Virus record (IMG/VR): IMGVR_UViG_3300033519_000155 | Span: 1 to 64,000 of that record | Length of the DNA: 64,000 nt | Strand: one strand, 5' to 3' | From: a virus | Taxonomy: Duplodnaviria > Caudoviricetes | In this document: positions 1-9,621 of the stretch, one piece after another | Numbering within the stretch: position 1 is the first letter of the stretch | How the letters are laid out: the number at the start of each line of letters is the position of its first letter | The notes under the pieces: model-generated | The model's database searches: none | Seen by the model: only the letters and a program-made list of their open reading frames with translations | What the model was told of the DNA's origin: nothing | Program-made: the position numbers and the translations under genes

Positions 1-2738
1 AGTAGTGATAGTGTTCCCTCCGGTTTTATGCAAGTATGAAGTAAAGGTTTATTAATACTTAAATTATTTTCACAGAAATTTTCTGCTACGGCGTGAATAA
101 ATCTATTTAAAAAATTTAGTATCTTTTCTTCAGCCTCAATAGATACGTTGTGCATTGCAACAAAATCTTGCCACCCAGTTAGGCTTACACCAATGATTAT
201 CTCTCTGTCTTTGTTCCACTTTTTGAAATTTTTTGTTATGTGCAAATGCGAAGGATTATCGGTTTCCAAAGCAGGGAGAGTCATTCTAATAGCCGATTTC
301 ACGATTTCTGAAATTTGAAAAATAGCCATGTGTGTTTTTCTACATGGATGAGCATTTTCGAGTTTACCCTGACAAGATTTGGAAAATCGAAAAAGCCTAG
401 ATGGTTCTTTTTCACATTCGGAAATAATTTCCATGAGTGCTTCAAAATCAAACTGAGTAGCGTCCATAGTAACTAAATTACAAAGCTCTCGGTTGCGCAA
501 TAAAATTTCTCCGCAGTTATGAACCAAAAAACCATTAACAAATCCCCAATGAGTTTTAGGTTCAGTAAAATCATAAACTTTTTCTACTCTTTCATTCTTA
601 TATAATTTAATCCTCTGAACTTTTTGAGCACGAAGATTTATAAAATTTCTTGACATAGTTTCTAATTGCTTTTTTATAAACCCTATATTTTCAAAAAATA
701 ATCTTTGAGGTTTGCAGTTCTTTATATAAACAGTAAAACATTCCTGATTAAAAAATTTCGTTGTTAATCCTGAATGTTTTAGTATGGACTTCCATCTGGT
801 ATCTGACACTTCTGCTTTAATACCAAAATCTTCCTGCAAAGTTTTTTGAATTTCTTCTGCTAATTTCCCTGAATAAAATTGAATAACAATATCTCCATGC
901 TTGTAAATATATGTTGAGGGAGCACAAATACCTCTAAGGAAACTTGCTTTCTGCTGTTTTGTATAGGAATAATATTCTTCAGGTAAAGACCTATACTTTA
1001 TTGGGATTGCTGAAATATCTACAGGTTTTACGTCTATAACATTATTTATTTTAGACTTATTATCTAATAATTTCGGGAAAAAATATGAAAGTAAGGAATT
1101 ATTAGGGAAGAATTTTGGTTGCCAAAAAGAAACTTTCTCTTCTCCGTTTACCGTTTCTCTAAGTGCCCCGATGTATAAGTAACCTTTCTTCTCATAATCG
1201 AAAAGAATATCACTCGGAGGTTGAAGATTATATTTTAATTGTCTGCCTTTTAGATTTCTTGCTTGAAGAGTTTTTCCATCTTGCGTTTTAAATTTATGGT
1301 CAGGTGTGCATCTTATTCTTGTTCCATCAGATATATAAAGACCTATTACTTGTTTTTTTCCCGAACAAAATACTTTTGCTTTAGAGTATTCATTATTACC
1401 ATTTAATATTTCTACTTCCTGACCTTCTAATTCCGCAAAAGTTTTATAACCATCTTTGGTTAGAAGTTTCATATCACCAGTGAAACAGGGATTAGTTAAA
1501 GCAAAATCTTTTCTACGATTTTTTGCCGCTTTATAGTTAATAAATCCCGGTTCACCAGAATATCGAATTCTAGCCAAATGATGATGAAGTTGTTCTCTTG
1601 TTGGCTTTCTTTTATATAATACAGAGTTATTACTTATACGGCGATGTATTAATTCTTTATTCTCTGTAAATTCGGCTGTGTCTTTATTATAAGTATATAG
1701 GTTTTGCTTGGCGTTTAAAATATCATTATCTTCTGCATCAAATACTGCCATTTCAGAAGTTCTTCTTATTCCTCCGAAAGTTACATTTTCTCCTATTATA
1801 TTTGCTATATCTAAACAATCTAATGTGGATAACTTTCTCTGTGAAGAAATCTGTTGGTTAAATGTGAGGAGCTTATGAATTTTTTCAAACATTTTTCTTA
1901 GACTTTCGTGTCCAGATGCAGTTCCCCCGAATGTTTTTAATCTTTCTCCTTTTCCTCTTATGTTATCAAAATTTAATAGAATTTTTTCTACCTGTCTATA
2001 CTTCTTTTTGAAAGGTTTAAAAAGATTTAAGAATAATACCAGAGCTTTTACCCAACCATCTTTACTATCCCCGATGGTTATTTTCGCAATTTTTCCGTCA
2101 ATTATTTTCATTGTAGTTTCGTCTTTTCTATACTCAGGGAACAATGGAAAATACTCATTACAGATAAGCATAATGTCTGTTCTAATCTCAGGTATCTTTT
2201 TTACATCAGACTTTAAAATTCTAAATCCTACACCTGCACCTATGAGAAGAAAATAGAAAAGTTCTCCAAAACACTCTAAATTATCTATAACAAGACCACA
2301 ACAATTGAAATTACTACTCACATAACGCTCTACTGCTTTTGTCAGTCCTACCCAATAAGTTCTACCGGAAAGGAATATCTTTCTTTCCAAAGCATATTGA
2401 TAAAGTTCTTGTGCGTCTTTCTGAAGTATATCTATTAGGCTTTGTCTATATAAAGTTTTTACATCAAAATCTGTTAAAATGGCTGTATTAAATCTATCTT
2501 TTAATGCTTTTTCTCCCATTTCTCTGTTATATTTGCTCATTAAATGATTATATTCCAGAGAAATATTATATTCTACTGCTCTTCTTACGGTTTCGTGCCA
2601 ATTTTCCCTTCTTTGTTTTTCATCATCCCATCGGGAATAAGTTCTATAATAAACAAATTTCCCTAATTCATTGGGAAAATCTTTAGTCTTGTCTGTTGTT
2701 TCTATAAATTCATTAGTTAAAAATTGATAATTATACAT
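1..2738 (-). CDS. nrdJ: Class II (B12-dependent) ribonucleotide reductase with intein; 3' end runs off the window
   Basis: Hand translation from ATG 2738 (GGAGG RBS upstream): YYRTYSRW..RRENWHETVRRAV, FLSGRTYWVG..NFNCCG, EPGFIN..TNP/CGEILLRNRELCNL, TCIKPEGTLSLL. Absent from the ORF track because no stop lies inside the window. Confidence 0.93.
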   Translation of the reverse strand, partial: MYNYQFLTNEFIETTDKTKDFPNELGKFVYYRTYSRWDDEKQRRENWHETVRRAVEYNISLEYNHLMSKYNREMGEKALKDRFNTAILTDFDVKTLYRQSLIDILQKDAQELYQYALERKIFLSGRTYWVGLTKAVERYVSSNFNCCGLVIDNLECFGELFYFLLIGAGVGFRILKSDVKKIPEIRTDIMLICNEYFPLFPEYRKDETTMKIIDGKIAKITIGDSKDGWVKALVLFLNLFKPFKKKYRQVEKILLNFDNIRGKGERLKTFGGTASGHESLRKMFEKIHKLLTFNQQISSQRKLSTLDCLDIANIIGENVTFGGIRRTSEMAVFDAEDNDILNAKQNLYTYNKDTAEFTENKELIHRRISNNSVLYKRKPTREQLHHHLARIRYSGEPGFINYKAAKNRRKDFALTNPCFTGDMKLLTKDGYKTFAELEGQEVEILNGNNEYSKAKVFCSGKKQVIGLYISDGTRIRCTPDHKFKTQDGKTLQARNLKGRQLKYNLQPPSDILFDYEKKGYLYIGALRETVNGEEKVSFWQPKFFPNNSLLSYFFPKLLDNKSKINNVIDVKPVDISAIPIKYRSLPEEYYSYTKQQKASFLRGICAPSTYIYKHGDIVIQFYSGKLAEEIQKTLQEDFGIKAEVSDTRWKSILKHSGLTTKFFNQECFTVYIKNCKPQRLFFENIGFIKKQLETMSRNFINLRAQKVQRIKLYKNERVEKVYDFTEPKTHWGFVNGFLVHNCGEILLRNRELCNLVTMDATQFDFEALMEIISECEKEPSRLFRFSKSCQGKLENAHPCRKTHMAIFQISEIVKSAIRMTLPALETDNPSHLHITKNFKKWNKDREIIIGVSLTGWQDFVAMHNVSIEAEEKILNFLNRFIHAVAENFCENNLSINKPLLHTCIKPEGTLSL
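516..1487 (-). mobile_element. Intein (324 aa) at the RNR active-site NP/CGE position, with degenerate LAGLIDADG-like domain
   Basis: Begins CFTGDMKLLTKDG, block B CTPDHKF, ends GFLVHN followed by C. Removal restores TNP-CGEILL. Confidence 0.92.
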
Positions 2739-2838
2739 AACTACCTCCAAAAAATAATAGTGACCTTAACTAAATTAAAGTCACCGATTTATAAATTATT
2801 TAAGTTCTATGAAAAATTCCCCTCATTACACTATCCCT

Positions 2839-3699
2839 TTAATCAATTAAATATGCTGCTTCTTTTTCTTCTTTACATTTATTACTTTCCAACATTGTAT
2901 AATACAACGCATCTACTTTTATTGTGTTCCCAAACGTAACGAAATGGGGTTTCCTGCCATTAGAATATTCTTTATCTACTATTTCACCTAGAATGGGAAG
3001 CTCACGTTTTAGATGCCCTACCATTCTTTCTACAGCGTCTTTAAGTTCAGGGTGTGCTTTACTGTGTTTTCCCCGAACTTTATAAATATGCCTGAAATCT
3101 ATAAAATTAATTGAAAAGATACAATTACTATCTACAGATAAAGGATAATTCCCTCTTAAAACATCTTTATCTTCCTCATATCCAGCTTTAACATACCCGA
3201 AAGGTCGGAGAATATATTCTTCTCCTTTGTATTTTAAAACTGGAGGAATAAGACCTTCTGCCTGTAAATATTCTGTGGGATTAAGAATTTTATCCTTATA
3301 CCATTCACTTTTTTCTGTTCCATTATATTCGGCTAAACGTGTTGAACTTCTTACAATACGATTATTCATTCTCATTGAGTGGCTATCTAAATCTGCAAGT
3401 CCACCATAATGTAAACCTTCTATAGTAAAGGTCAGGTCAATAAACCTGAGAAGAGTTTCATGCTCATGAATAATTCCATATTTTAAAAGCTTATTCAACC
3501 AGTCTATATACTCTGTTTTTTCCTGCTGATAATCTTTAGAATTAAATATTTCTGTATTTAAAAGTCCATTACTTCTAGTAAAATGACTAACTAAATACTG
3601 AATATACTTACCTTTACTTTCTGTGTAAGTTCTTTTTGACATCATCAGGGAAATTATTGCATTTTCTATTCCCCTGATGCTCATTAACGAAACATTCAT
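2839..3699 (-). CDS. Divergent ThyX/Thy1-like (flavin-dependent thymidylate synthase-like) protein
   Basis: FIDLTFTIEG, SSTRL and FRHIYKVR..AHPELK resemble ThyX motifs; canonical RHRxxS motif absent; next to nrdJ. Confidence 0.5.
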   Translation of the reverse strand: MNVSLMSIRGIENAIISLMMSKRTYTESKGKYIQYLVSHFTRSNGLLNTEIFNSKDYQQEKTEYIDWLNKLLKYGIIHEHETLLRFIDLTFTIEGLHYGGLADLDSHSMRMNNRIVRSSTRLAEYNGTEKSEWYKDKILNPTEYLQAEGLIPPVLKYKGEEYILRPFGYVKAGYEEDKDVLRGNYPLSVDSNCIFSINFIDFRHIYKVRGKHSKAHPELKDAVERMVGHLKRELPILGEIVDKEYSNGRKPHFVTFGNTIKVDALYYTMLESNKCKEEKEAAYLID

Positions 3700-3983
3700 T
3701 CTTTCCCCTCCATGATTAATTCCTTTTTTAAATGCTCTGGAAAAGCAAATTCGCTTACTCTTAAAGAAGGTTGTTCGTGCTCAATAATCTCTATTGTATT
3801 AATATCAATTATTAAGTTCTTTAACGCATCTAATGAGTTCATAATTGCATTATCTATTGCATGTCTATATCTGCAATTATCATTTTGTATTGAGGAAGAG
3901 AGAAGAGTTAATTCCTGTTTTATTATTAATCCTAAAGAAGTTACTGTTTTAAATATCTTCTCCCTATCATTGGCATCTAACAT
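3696..3983 (-). CDS. Hypothetical protein
   Basis: ORF track; GGAGG RBS; operonic packing. Confidence 0.7.
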   Translation of the reverse strand: MLDANDREKIFKTVTSLGLIIKQELTLLSSSIQNDNCRYRHAIDNAIMNSLDALKNLIIDINTIEIIEHEQPSLRVSEFAFPEHLKKELIMEGKE

Positions 3984-3995
3984 ATACTTACCTCC

Positions 3996-4238
3996 CTAAA
4001 TTATGTTATCTAAATCTTCTAAGGTTATTACTTTCATTCCTTCTATTCTCAGGCAATTTTCATTCGCAAAAATTTTTTCTTTTTTATTATCTGACTCCTT
4101 AAACTTATTTAAGGCAAACCCCCATAACTCTTTTGCGTCAGGACTTTCATTAACATCAAACCACTGGTCATTACAAAGAATTTCTACCTTTGACATTTTT
4201 TCCTCCTGAATTACACAGGAATTAAACGCAAAGAACAA
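3996..4238 (-). CDS. Hypothetical protein
   Basis: ORF track; co-oriented and tightly packed. Confidence 0.6.
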   Translation of the reverse strand: MFFAFNSCVIQEEKMSKVEILCNDQWFDVNESPDAKELWGFALNKFKESDNKKEKIFANENCLRIEGMKVITLEDLDNII

Positions 4239-4537
4239 ACAATAATTGTAAATTCCTCTTTACCAAACTCCTGTAATAAGTTTTTTACATCATACCCAAA
4301 TACAATTTTTATATCTTTTGCATACTGAGATATAATGCCACGAGCAACTATAATACCATAAACAGTATTTGCTATAGCGTCTTTTCCTGCTGCTTGAACA
4401 ACTAATGTTTCCTGCTCCCTTAAAGTAAGAGCTATAGCGTGACCAAGATTTTTCGGGGAAGTCTTGCCACTCACTTTAAAAATTTGAACTTTGTTTTCTT
4501 CTGTTATTTCTACAGAAGCAAGACTCTCTGTTTCCAT
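4211..4537 (-). CDS. spoVS: SpoVS-family (Alba-like fold) protein
   Basis: FKVSGKTSPKNLGHAIA...QAAGKDAIANTVYGIIVARG aligns with SpoVS LKVSAKSNPNSVAGALA...QAIGAGALNQAVKAVAIARG. Confidence 0.8.
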   Translation of the reverse strand: METESLASVEITEENKVQIFKVSGKTSPKNLGHAIALTLREQETLVVQAAGKDAIANTVYGIIVARGIISQYAKDIKIVFGYDVKNLLQEFGKEEFTIIVCSLRLIPV

Positions 4538-4839
4538 TACTCTTCCTCCTTTAGTTCTCGAATTTCATGTCCCCGATAAGAATAAAAAATCCAGAGTTCC
4601 TTCTTTGTATTTTCTGGAACACCTAAATTTTTTGCTAATTTACAATTTTTGTCTTCTGTGTATTTATCTTTTTCTGTAAATTTCACTTGAATTAATCTTA
4701 CCTCACATGAATTAATTGCTATTACATCAAACAATCCCTTTGACCCGGCAGAACGAAAACAAGTATAACCCTCATTTTCTAAAGTCTTTCTCACTTTATA
4801 TTCTGCTCGTTTACCCTGTTCATACTTTTTATTTGCCAT
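4537..4839 (-). CDS. Hjc-type Holliday junction resolvase (PD-(D/E)xK)
   Basis: GKRAEYKVRKTLENEGY..FRSAGSKGLFDVIA..LIQVK. Confidence 0.8.
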   Translation of the reverse strand: MANKKYEQGKRAEYKVRKTLENEGYTCFRSAGSKGLFDVIAINSCEVRLIQVKFTEKDKYTEDKNCKLAKNLGVPENTKKELWIFYSYRGHEIRELKEEE

Positions 4840-4901
4840 AATACCCCTATAATAACATACAATTTTTAGTGATTAAAGATTTTTTGCAAAAATTCTATAA
4901 T

Positions 4902-5405
4902 TTATTCTCGATTTTCATTAAAACCTCTTCGGGTCAATTCTCTGGATAAAACTTTATAACTTTGCATATACCCGAATAATAGGGCATCAGTTAATAAAAA
5001 AGTGGACTCTGCTATATCACAGTCTCTTTTAAGTTTAGTTAAAACTGTATTTGCTTCTAACAATAACTTAATTTCAGTATCTTTTTTATTTTCGGATTTT
5101 AAATTAACATGAGCACAAGATTTTTTCCACATATAAGCATTATGCTTTGCTGTGCGTTCTATATCTAATTTCGAGGACTCAAATTTTGCAAAACTAATTA
5201 AACTTGAATAATAGCTCATATAGGCAACTAACATATTATCAGGAAGTTCCGACAGGTCAAAAGGAAGATGCTCTGGTGCATTTGCATTTTGTGGCATCAT
5301 GGGAGTCGGAAACTTCTTACTTACAATATAGTCCATTCCTTTCTGTAACGTATGAGTTATTTGTTCCTCAAAAATAGGTGCTGTAGCAATTCTATTCTCC
5401 ATCAC
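4902..5405 (-). CDS. Hypothetical helical protein in recombination cluster
   Basis: ORF track; lies between the exonuclease and resolvase genes. Confidence 0.7.
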   Translation of the reverse strand: MMENRIATAPIFEEQITHTLQKGMDYIVSKKFPTPMMPQNANAPEHLPFDLSELPDNMLVAYMSYYSSLISFAKFESSKLDIERTAKHNAYMWKKSCAHVNLKSENKKDTEIKLLLEANTVLTKLKRDCDIAESTFLLTDALLFGYMQSYKVLSRELTRRGFNENRE

Positions 5406-5417
5406 ATTTCTCCTTCC

Positions 5418-6413
5418 TCAAATAAATAATTCTGCATTTTTTAAACAATTTAAATTACAGTAGTATAATTTACACTCTGCTTCATTTCGGCAAATTCTTT
5501 TTGGTAATTCTCCAGTGGTTAGATATTTCTTACACTCTAAGAGTTTTGGGAATAAGGTTTTCTTCATATAACCGTCAACATCAGAGTCATAAGGAACAAA
5601 AAATTCTTTATGCGTAGAATTATCTTTATTTAAATAGAGAACTACCATACCTTTAAAAGGCATTTCATGGTATTGGATATTCTCTTCCAGCATATTCATA
5701 ATTAACTGCGTATCTTCTCCAAATTCTCCTTTTCCTGACTTTAATACCTCTCTTTCTCCATAAAGTAATCGTAAATTATCTATTCTATCCTGCTCTAAAC
5801 ACCACATATAGATAGATGCCTGATTTCTGTGTCCTCCCATAGACTCTTTCAACCCGGAGTAAGTTCTACTATTAGAAGTTTTAAATTCAAAAACGTATTT
5901 TCTATTCATTTCTGGAGGAATAAGTATTCCATCGGTTCTTCCATGAATATTCCATTCCTCATTATCAATTCGAGGTTCAATGTATTCCCAATCATTTTCA
6001 CCACAGGAACAACATTTAGTCATATAACCAAGAAACCCTTTTATTAAGGTATTACATATTTGACACCTATATTTTCCCCAAAGCAATCCTGTCTGACTCA
6101 AATATTTTTGCATCATAGCATGTAGATAATGTCCTATGTCAAAAGTTATTCGTAACGTCATAGGAATACGTTTTTCCACAAGATGTTCATACTTGTGTGT
6201 TATACACCAAGCTCTCGGACAAAAATGGTCTTTTGATATTTCTGAAGGGTGAAATACTCCTTTAGCTCTCCCATCATCTTCGTAATTTAATTTCTCTGTG
6301 TATTCAGCTAAATAAGGAAGAATACTAAAAGGTTCAACTTTATTTCGTATCTTTGCTAAACTCTCAGAAGACCTCATTGAACCACGTTCTTTTAATAAAT
6401 CTGATAATCCCAT
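5418..6413 (-). CDS. Cas4-like/RecB-family PD-(D/E)xK exonuclease
   Basis: FHPSE..CPR, GRTDG, FEFKT, QASIYM, C-terminal Cys cluster, internal CxxC..CxxC ribbon. Confidence 0.8.
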   Translation of the reverse strand: MGLSDLLKERGSMRSSESLAKIRNKVEPFSILPYLAEYTEKLNYEDDGRAKGVFHPSEISKDHFCPRAWCITHKYEHLVEKRIPMTLRITFDIGHYLHAMMQKYLSQTGLLWGKYRCQICNTLIKGFLGYMTKCCSCGENDWEYIEPRIDNEEWNIHGRTDGILIPPEMNRKYVFEFKTSNSRTYSGLKESMGGHRNQASIYMWCLEQDRIDNLRLLYGEREVLKSGKGEFGEDTQLIMNMLEENIQYHEMPFKGMVVLYLNKDNSTHKEFFVPYDSDVDGYMKKTLFPKLLECKKYLTTGELPKRICRNEAECKLYYCNLNCLKNAELFI

Positions 6414-6424
6414 TTGATAACCTC

Positions 6425-7639
6425 CTAAATAAATCTAGTATCTAAACACTCTGTTTTAATTGGTGTAAGAGATGAATTTACACCTTTTATGTGAGTTAAA
6501 CTGTGTCCTACATTAGGCAAATTTTGACACACAAAAAGAACTTCTTTTCCTAAACTTCTATTAATACACATGAGTTCCATCACTCTTGCTGCTCTTGCCC
6601 TTTCACTCATTCTTAAAAGAAATTCATAAGCAGATATGTTATAATAAGAAGCAGCAAAATCTTTCTTTGTATTAAGAAAAATCTTATGTCGAGTATCAAA
6701 CAAAAATCCATTTTCACTTTGCCGTCTTTGTCGAGCAATGAATGTTTCTGCTTTCATATCTTTTAATCTTCTTAATTTTTGGTTATAATCTTCTACTAAA
6801 GAGAAAAAAGACCCAAGAAATTCACATAAATCAATTGCAAAAGCAGTTAACCTATTTTTTGCTTTTTTCTGCCCTGCTAAAGAAGATTGAGTAAAAGAAA
6901 TAGTTCCAAGAGGTTTACTATTCGTAACACTATAATCTAATAACAACTTCCCACAACAAGTTTCACTAAAACTAATAGTAAATCCCGGATACTCAAAAGT
7001 ATTTGATGGACTGGGATAAACAAAATTTAAATATAAAATATCATAGTCAAAATAATATTCCCATACCTTAAAAGTTAATCCATTCTTAGAAAATTGAGAA
7101 AGATAAAGATGTAATAGTTTTAATATTTCCTCATAAAATATTCTGTGCTTTTTGTGCTCGGAAGAAAAAACATTTCTTATTATTGGATAAGTTTCATCAG
7201 GATAAATTTTTGTCTTTAAAAATAAATCCCTGTCACTCATTCTAAGATAACCATTTAGAGTTTCTTCAAATAGTTTAAATTCTCGTTTACCAATCATTTT
7301 ATTTAAAGAACCTCTCGGTGCTTTAATTAAATCACATAACATTTTGTAGGAACTAAATTTTAATTTATACTGTTCCTCTGTAGTTACATCAATAAGAAAA
7401 ATCTCTTTCGTTTTTTCATTAAGAGAAGAAACAAAATCTTTTGATGCTATTATATAATCAGTGCAAAGTAATCTCTGGTCTTCTGCTTCTTGCAAAAGTT
7501 TTTCAATAATAGTTATGGCAAATACATTCTCTTTAAAAGACACTATTTTAGGCACAGCAGAACAATAACCTAAGTATTCGTCCATAAACTGTTCATCACC
7601 AAGTTTAAAATTTCTCCACGCTTCTCTGGTTAATCCCAT
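6425..7639 (-). CDS. Divergent DUF932-like protein (probable paralog of neighbour)
   Basis: IRNVFSSEH..GFTISFSETCCG parallels VRGLLSDRY..GFQVINSDVG of 7697-8797. Confidence 0.45.
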   Translation of the reverse strand: MGLTREAWRNFKLGDEQFMDEYLGYCSAVPKIVSFKENVFAITIIEKLLQEAEDQRLLCTDYIIASKDFVSSLNEKTKEIFLIDVTTEEQYKLKFSSYKMLCDLIKAPRGSLNKMIGKREFKLFEETLNGYLRMSDRDLFLKTKIYPDETYPIIRNVFSSEHKKHRIFYEEILKLLHLYLSQFSKNGLTFKVWEYYFDYDILYLNFVYPSPSNTFEYPGFTISFSETCCGKLLLDYSVTNSKPLGTISFTQSSLAGQKKAKNRLTAFAIDLCEFLGSFFSLVEDYNQKLRRLKDMKAETFIARQRRQSENGFLFDTRHKIFLNTKKDFAASYYNISAYEFLLRMSERARAARVMELMCINRSLGKEVLFVCQNLPNVGHSLTHIKGVNSSLTPIKTECLDTRFI

Positions 7640-7654
7640 ACAATCCTCCTAACT

Positions 7655-7680
7655 AAAAAGGGGAAGATTAATCTTCCCCC
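7655..7680 (-). terminator. Rho-independent terminator
   Basis: GGGGAAGAT-TA-ATCTTCCCC hairpin followed by a T-run on the minus strand. Confidence 0.7.
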
Positions 7681-7696
7681 TCTTGTTTTATATTAA

Positions 7697-8797
7697 TTAT
7701 GATACATAAACTTTTTCCAGCAGTTCCCCTGCATACTCTTCTAATTCTAACTGTCTGTCTATTTCATGTGTCTGTGCATACTCAGTAATAGTATTAACGA
7801 AACCCCATACTGTTTGAGGGTATTTGTCTTGAAAATTGGTGAAATCTTTTACTACTCTATCACCAATATTCATTTCCTGTCTAAACCGTAAAAAATACTT
7901 TTCATAGTCCGAGTCCGATAATTTTGTTTCTTTAGCAATTAAAATTTTTGGTTTAAATTGGTCTATATACCCCTGAAACTCGTTAAGGAAATAGACAAAC
8001 TTCTCAATCATATTATCAGCATTACCTATATGCCTTTTCATCATACTGGCAATTGCCCTTTTCCCAAAAAGAAGTCCATTAGAACAAGCAGAACGATAAA
8101 GGAAATAACGACAACCTAAACTTCTTTGCCCTACGTCACTATTTATAACCTGAAATCCATAGTGAAGGTCTTCCCCATCAACATTTATTCTATCTTTTCC
8201 TACTATACGTGTAACGAGTCTTTCAGCATCATAATACTTACTGAGAACTGCATAATTCCCTTTGTCTTTTAAGTTATCCTGCACCATCTTTAAAACAGTA
8301 TGACTATCACAAATGGTATATCTATCACTTAGTAAACCCCTGACCCGATTATTTAATCTACGAATTAAAACTTTTTTATTCACATCTACAAGGTCTCTCC
8401 ACTGTTGAAGATTATTTTCTGCAAGTTTTATAAAATTATGACCTATACAAGACTTAATATATTCAGCAGGAACACCTAATAACTGGCAATACTGTTGTAA
8501 TGACCAGTTTGTTAATTGTGAATTAAGAACACTATCCTCTGTCTTTAACATTAATTTATTAATATTATGATTATACACAGGATAAAGATTTACTAAATTT
8601 TCATAGGTATCTGTTCCATATGTTTCAATGTCCTTTGCTGTGTCTAAAAGATACTGAAAATTCTGTATTTCTCCATCATCTTTTACCCCAAGATTAGAAA
8701 AGCTGAATTTTTCAAGCTTTCTGTCCTTGATTTCAAACACTGTGTTCGTATCAATTACCATATTATCCTTATTACTCATCTTATTTACCCCTCTCAA
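7697..8797 (-). CDS. DUF932-family protein
   Basis: RGLLSDRY, GFQVINSDVG, YRSACSNGL motifs. Confidence 0.7.
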   Translation of the reverse strand: MRGVNKMSNKDNMVIDTNTVFEIKDRKLEKFSFSNLGVKDDGEIQNFQYLLDTAKDIETYGTDTYENLVNLYPVYNHNINKLMLKTEDSVLNSQLTNWSLQQYCQLLGVPAEYIKSCIGHNFIKLAENNLQQWRDLVDVNKKVLIRRLNNRVRGLLSDRYTICDSHTVLKMVQDNLKDKGNYAVLSKYYDAERLVTRIVGKDRINVDGEDLHYGFQVINSDVGQRSLGCRYFLYRSACSNGLLFGKRAIASMMKRHIGNADNMIEKFVYFLNEFQGYIDQFKPKILIAKETKLSDSDYEKYFLRFRQEMNIGDRVVKDFTNFQDKYPQTVWGFVNTITEYAQTHEIDRQLELEEYAGELLEKVYVS

Positions 8798-8822
8798 AAT
8801 ATTGTATTTTTAACTTACTTAC

Positions 8823-8851
8823 ATAATACAATAGATTTTTTGAATTGTCAA
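8823..8851 (-). promoter_or_regulatory. Sigma70/SigA-type promoter
   Basis: TTGACA-17-TATTAT upstream of the DUF932 gene. Confidence 0.8.
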
Positions 8852-9621
8852 GAGTGAAAAAAATGCTTTTTTATTCTTAATTTTGCTTTAACATAAATAG
8901 TTTCGTCTTTTTCCGAACCTAACCATCGTCTTTTTGTGTTCATTGCTGCAATAGCTGTTGTTCCTGACCCCATAGTTGGGTCAAAAACTATATCACCCTT
9001 TAAAGTAAAAGATTTAATCAAATATTCAAATAATTTAACAGGTTTTTGTGTTGCATGAAAAGTATTACCCTCAGAAGCAAATTTAAGAATAGTTGTAGGG
9101 TAATTCGTAAACCTGCTGGTATAATTTACAGTTCTTTCAGTCCTACCGGGTCTGTGGTCGCTAGTATCTCCTCCGTCAGTTCGTTTTATACTCTGCTCAT
9201 ATAAAATAAGACCCTGTGGGTAATACTTTATCTTATTTTTGGCATTACTGCTGCAACCCCCTTTGGAAAACACTAAAATATCCTCATGTTTATTAAGAAA
9301 TTTTCCATTACACTGAGCAAAATCTGTTACTTTTGTCTTTTCCCATACAGCAGAATATTTAAATAATTTTTTATTACTCACAACAAGGTCTGAAGTAAAA
9401 GGTTGAACTCCTGTTAATACTATTACTCCATTATCTTTTATAATACGTTCTACTTCTACCCAAAATTTATCTAAGGGAATATCACTCTCCCAAAAACATT
9501 CCGTCAAAGAATATGGGAGGTCTCCTATGATACAATCTATGTATTTATCAGGAATTAAAGACATTAAGTCAAAACAATCACTATGATAGAGCTTATTTAA
9601 TTCCAGTTGACCCAAAACCAC
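8848..9621 (-). CDS. Amino (N6A/N4C) DNA methyltransferase, beta class
   Basis: DLPY motif IV, HATQKPVKL, DPTMGSGTT motif I. Confidence 0.9.
   Translation of the reverse strand: MVLGQLELNKLYHSDCFDLMSLIPDKYIDCIIGDLPYSLTECFWESDIPLDKFWVEVERIIKDNGVIVLTGVQPFTSDLVVSNKKLFKYSAVWEKTKVTDFAQCNGKFLNKHEDILVFSKGGCSSNAKNKIKYYPQGLILYEQSIKRTDGGDTSDHRPGRTERTVNYTSRFTNYPTTILKFASEGNTFHATQKPVKLFEYLIKSFTLKGDIVFDPTMGSGTTAIAAMNTKRRWLGSEKDETIYVKAKLRIKKHFFHS

Noticed and set aside
5418-6413. Cas4-like gene as sign of a CRISPR-Cas system
   Set aside because: No repeat-spacer array, cas1 or cas2 seen in the window; stand-alone Cas4-like exonucleases are common in phage recombination modules.
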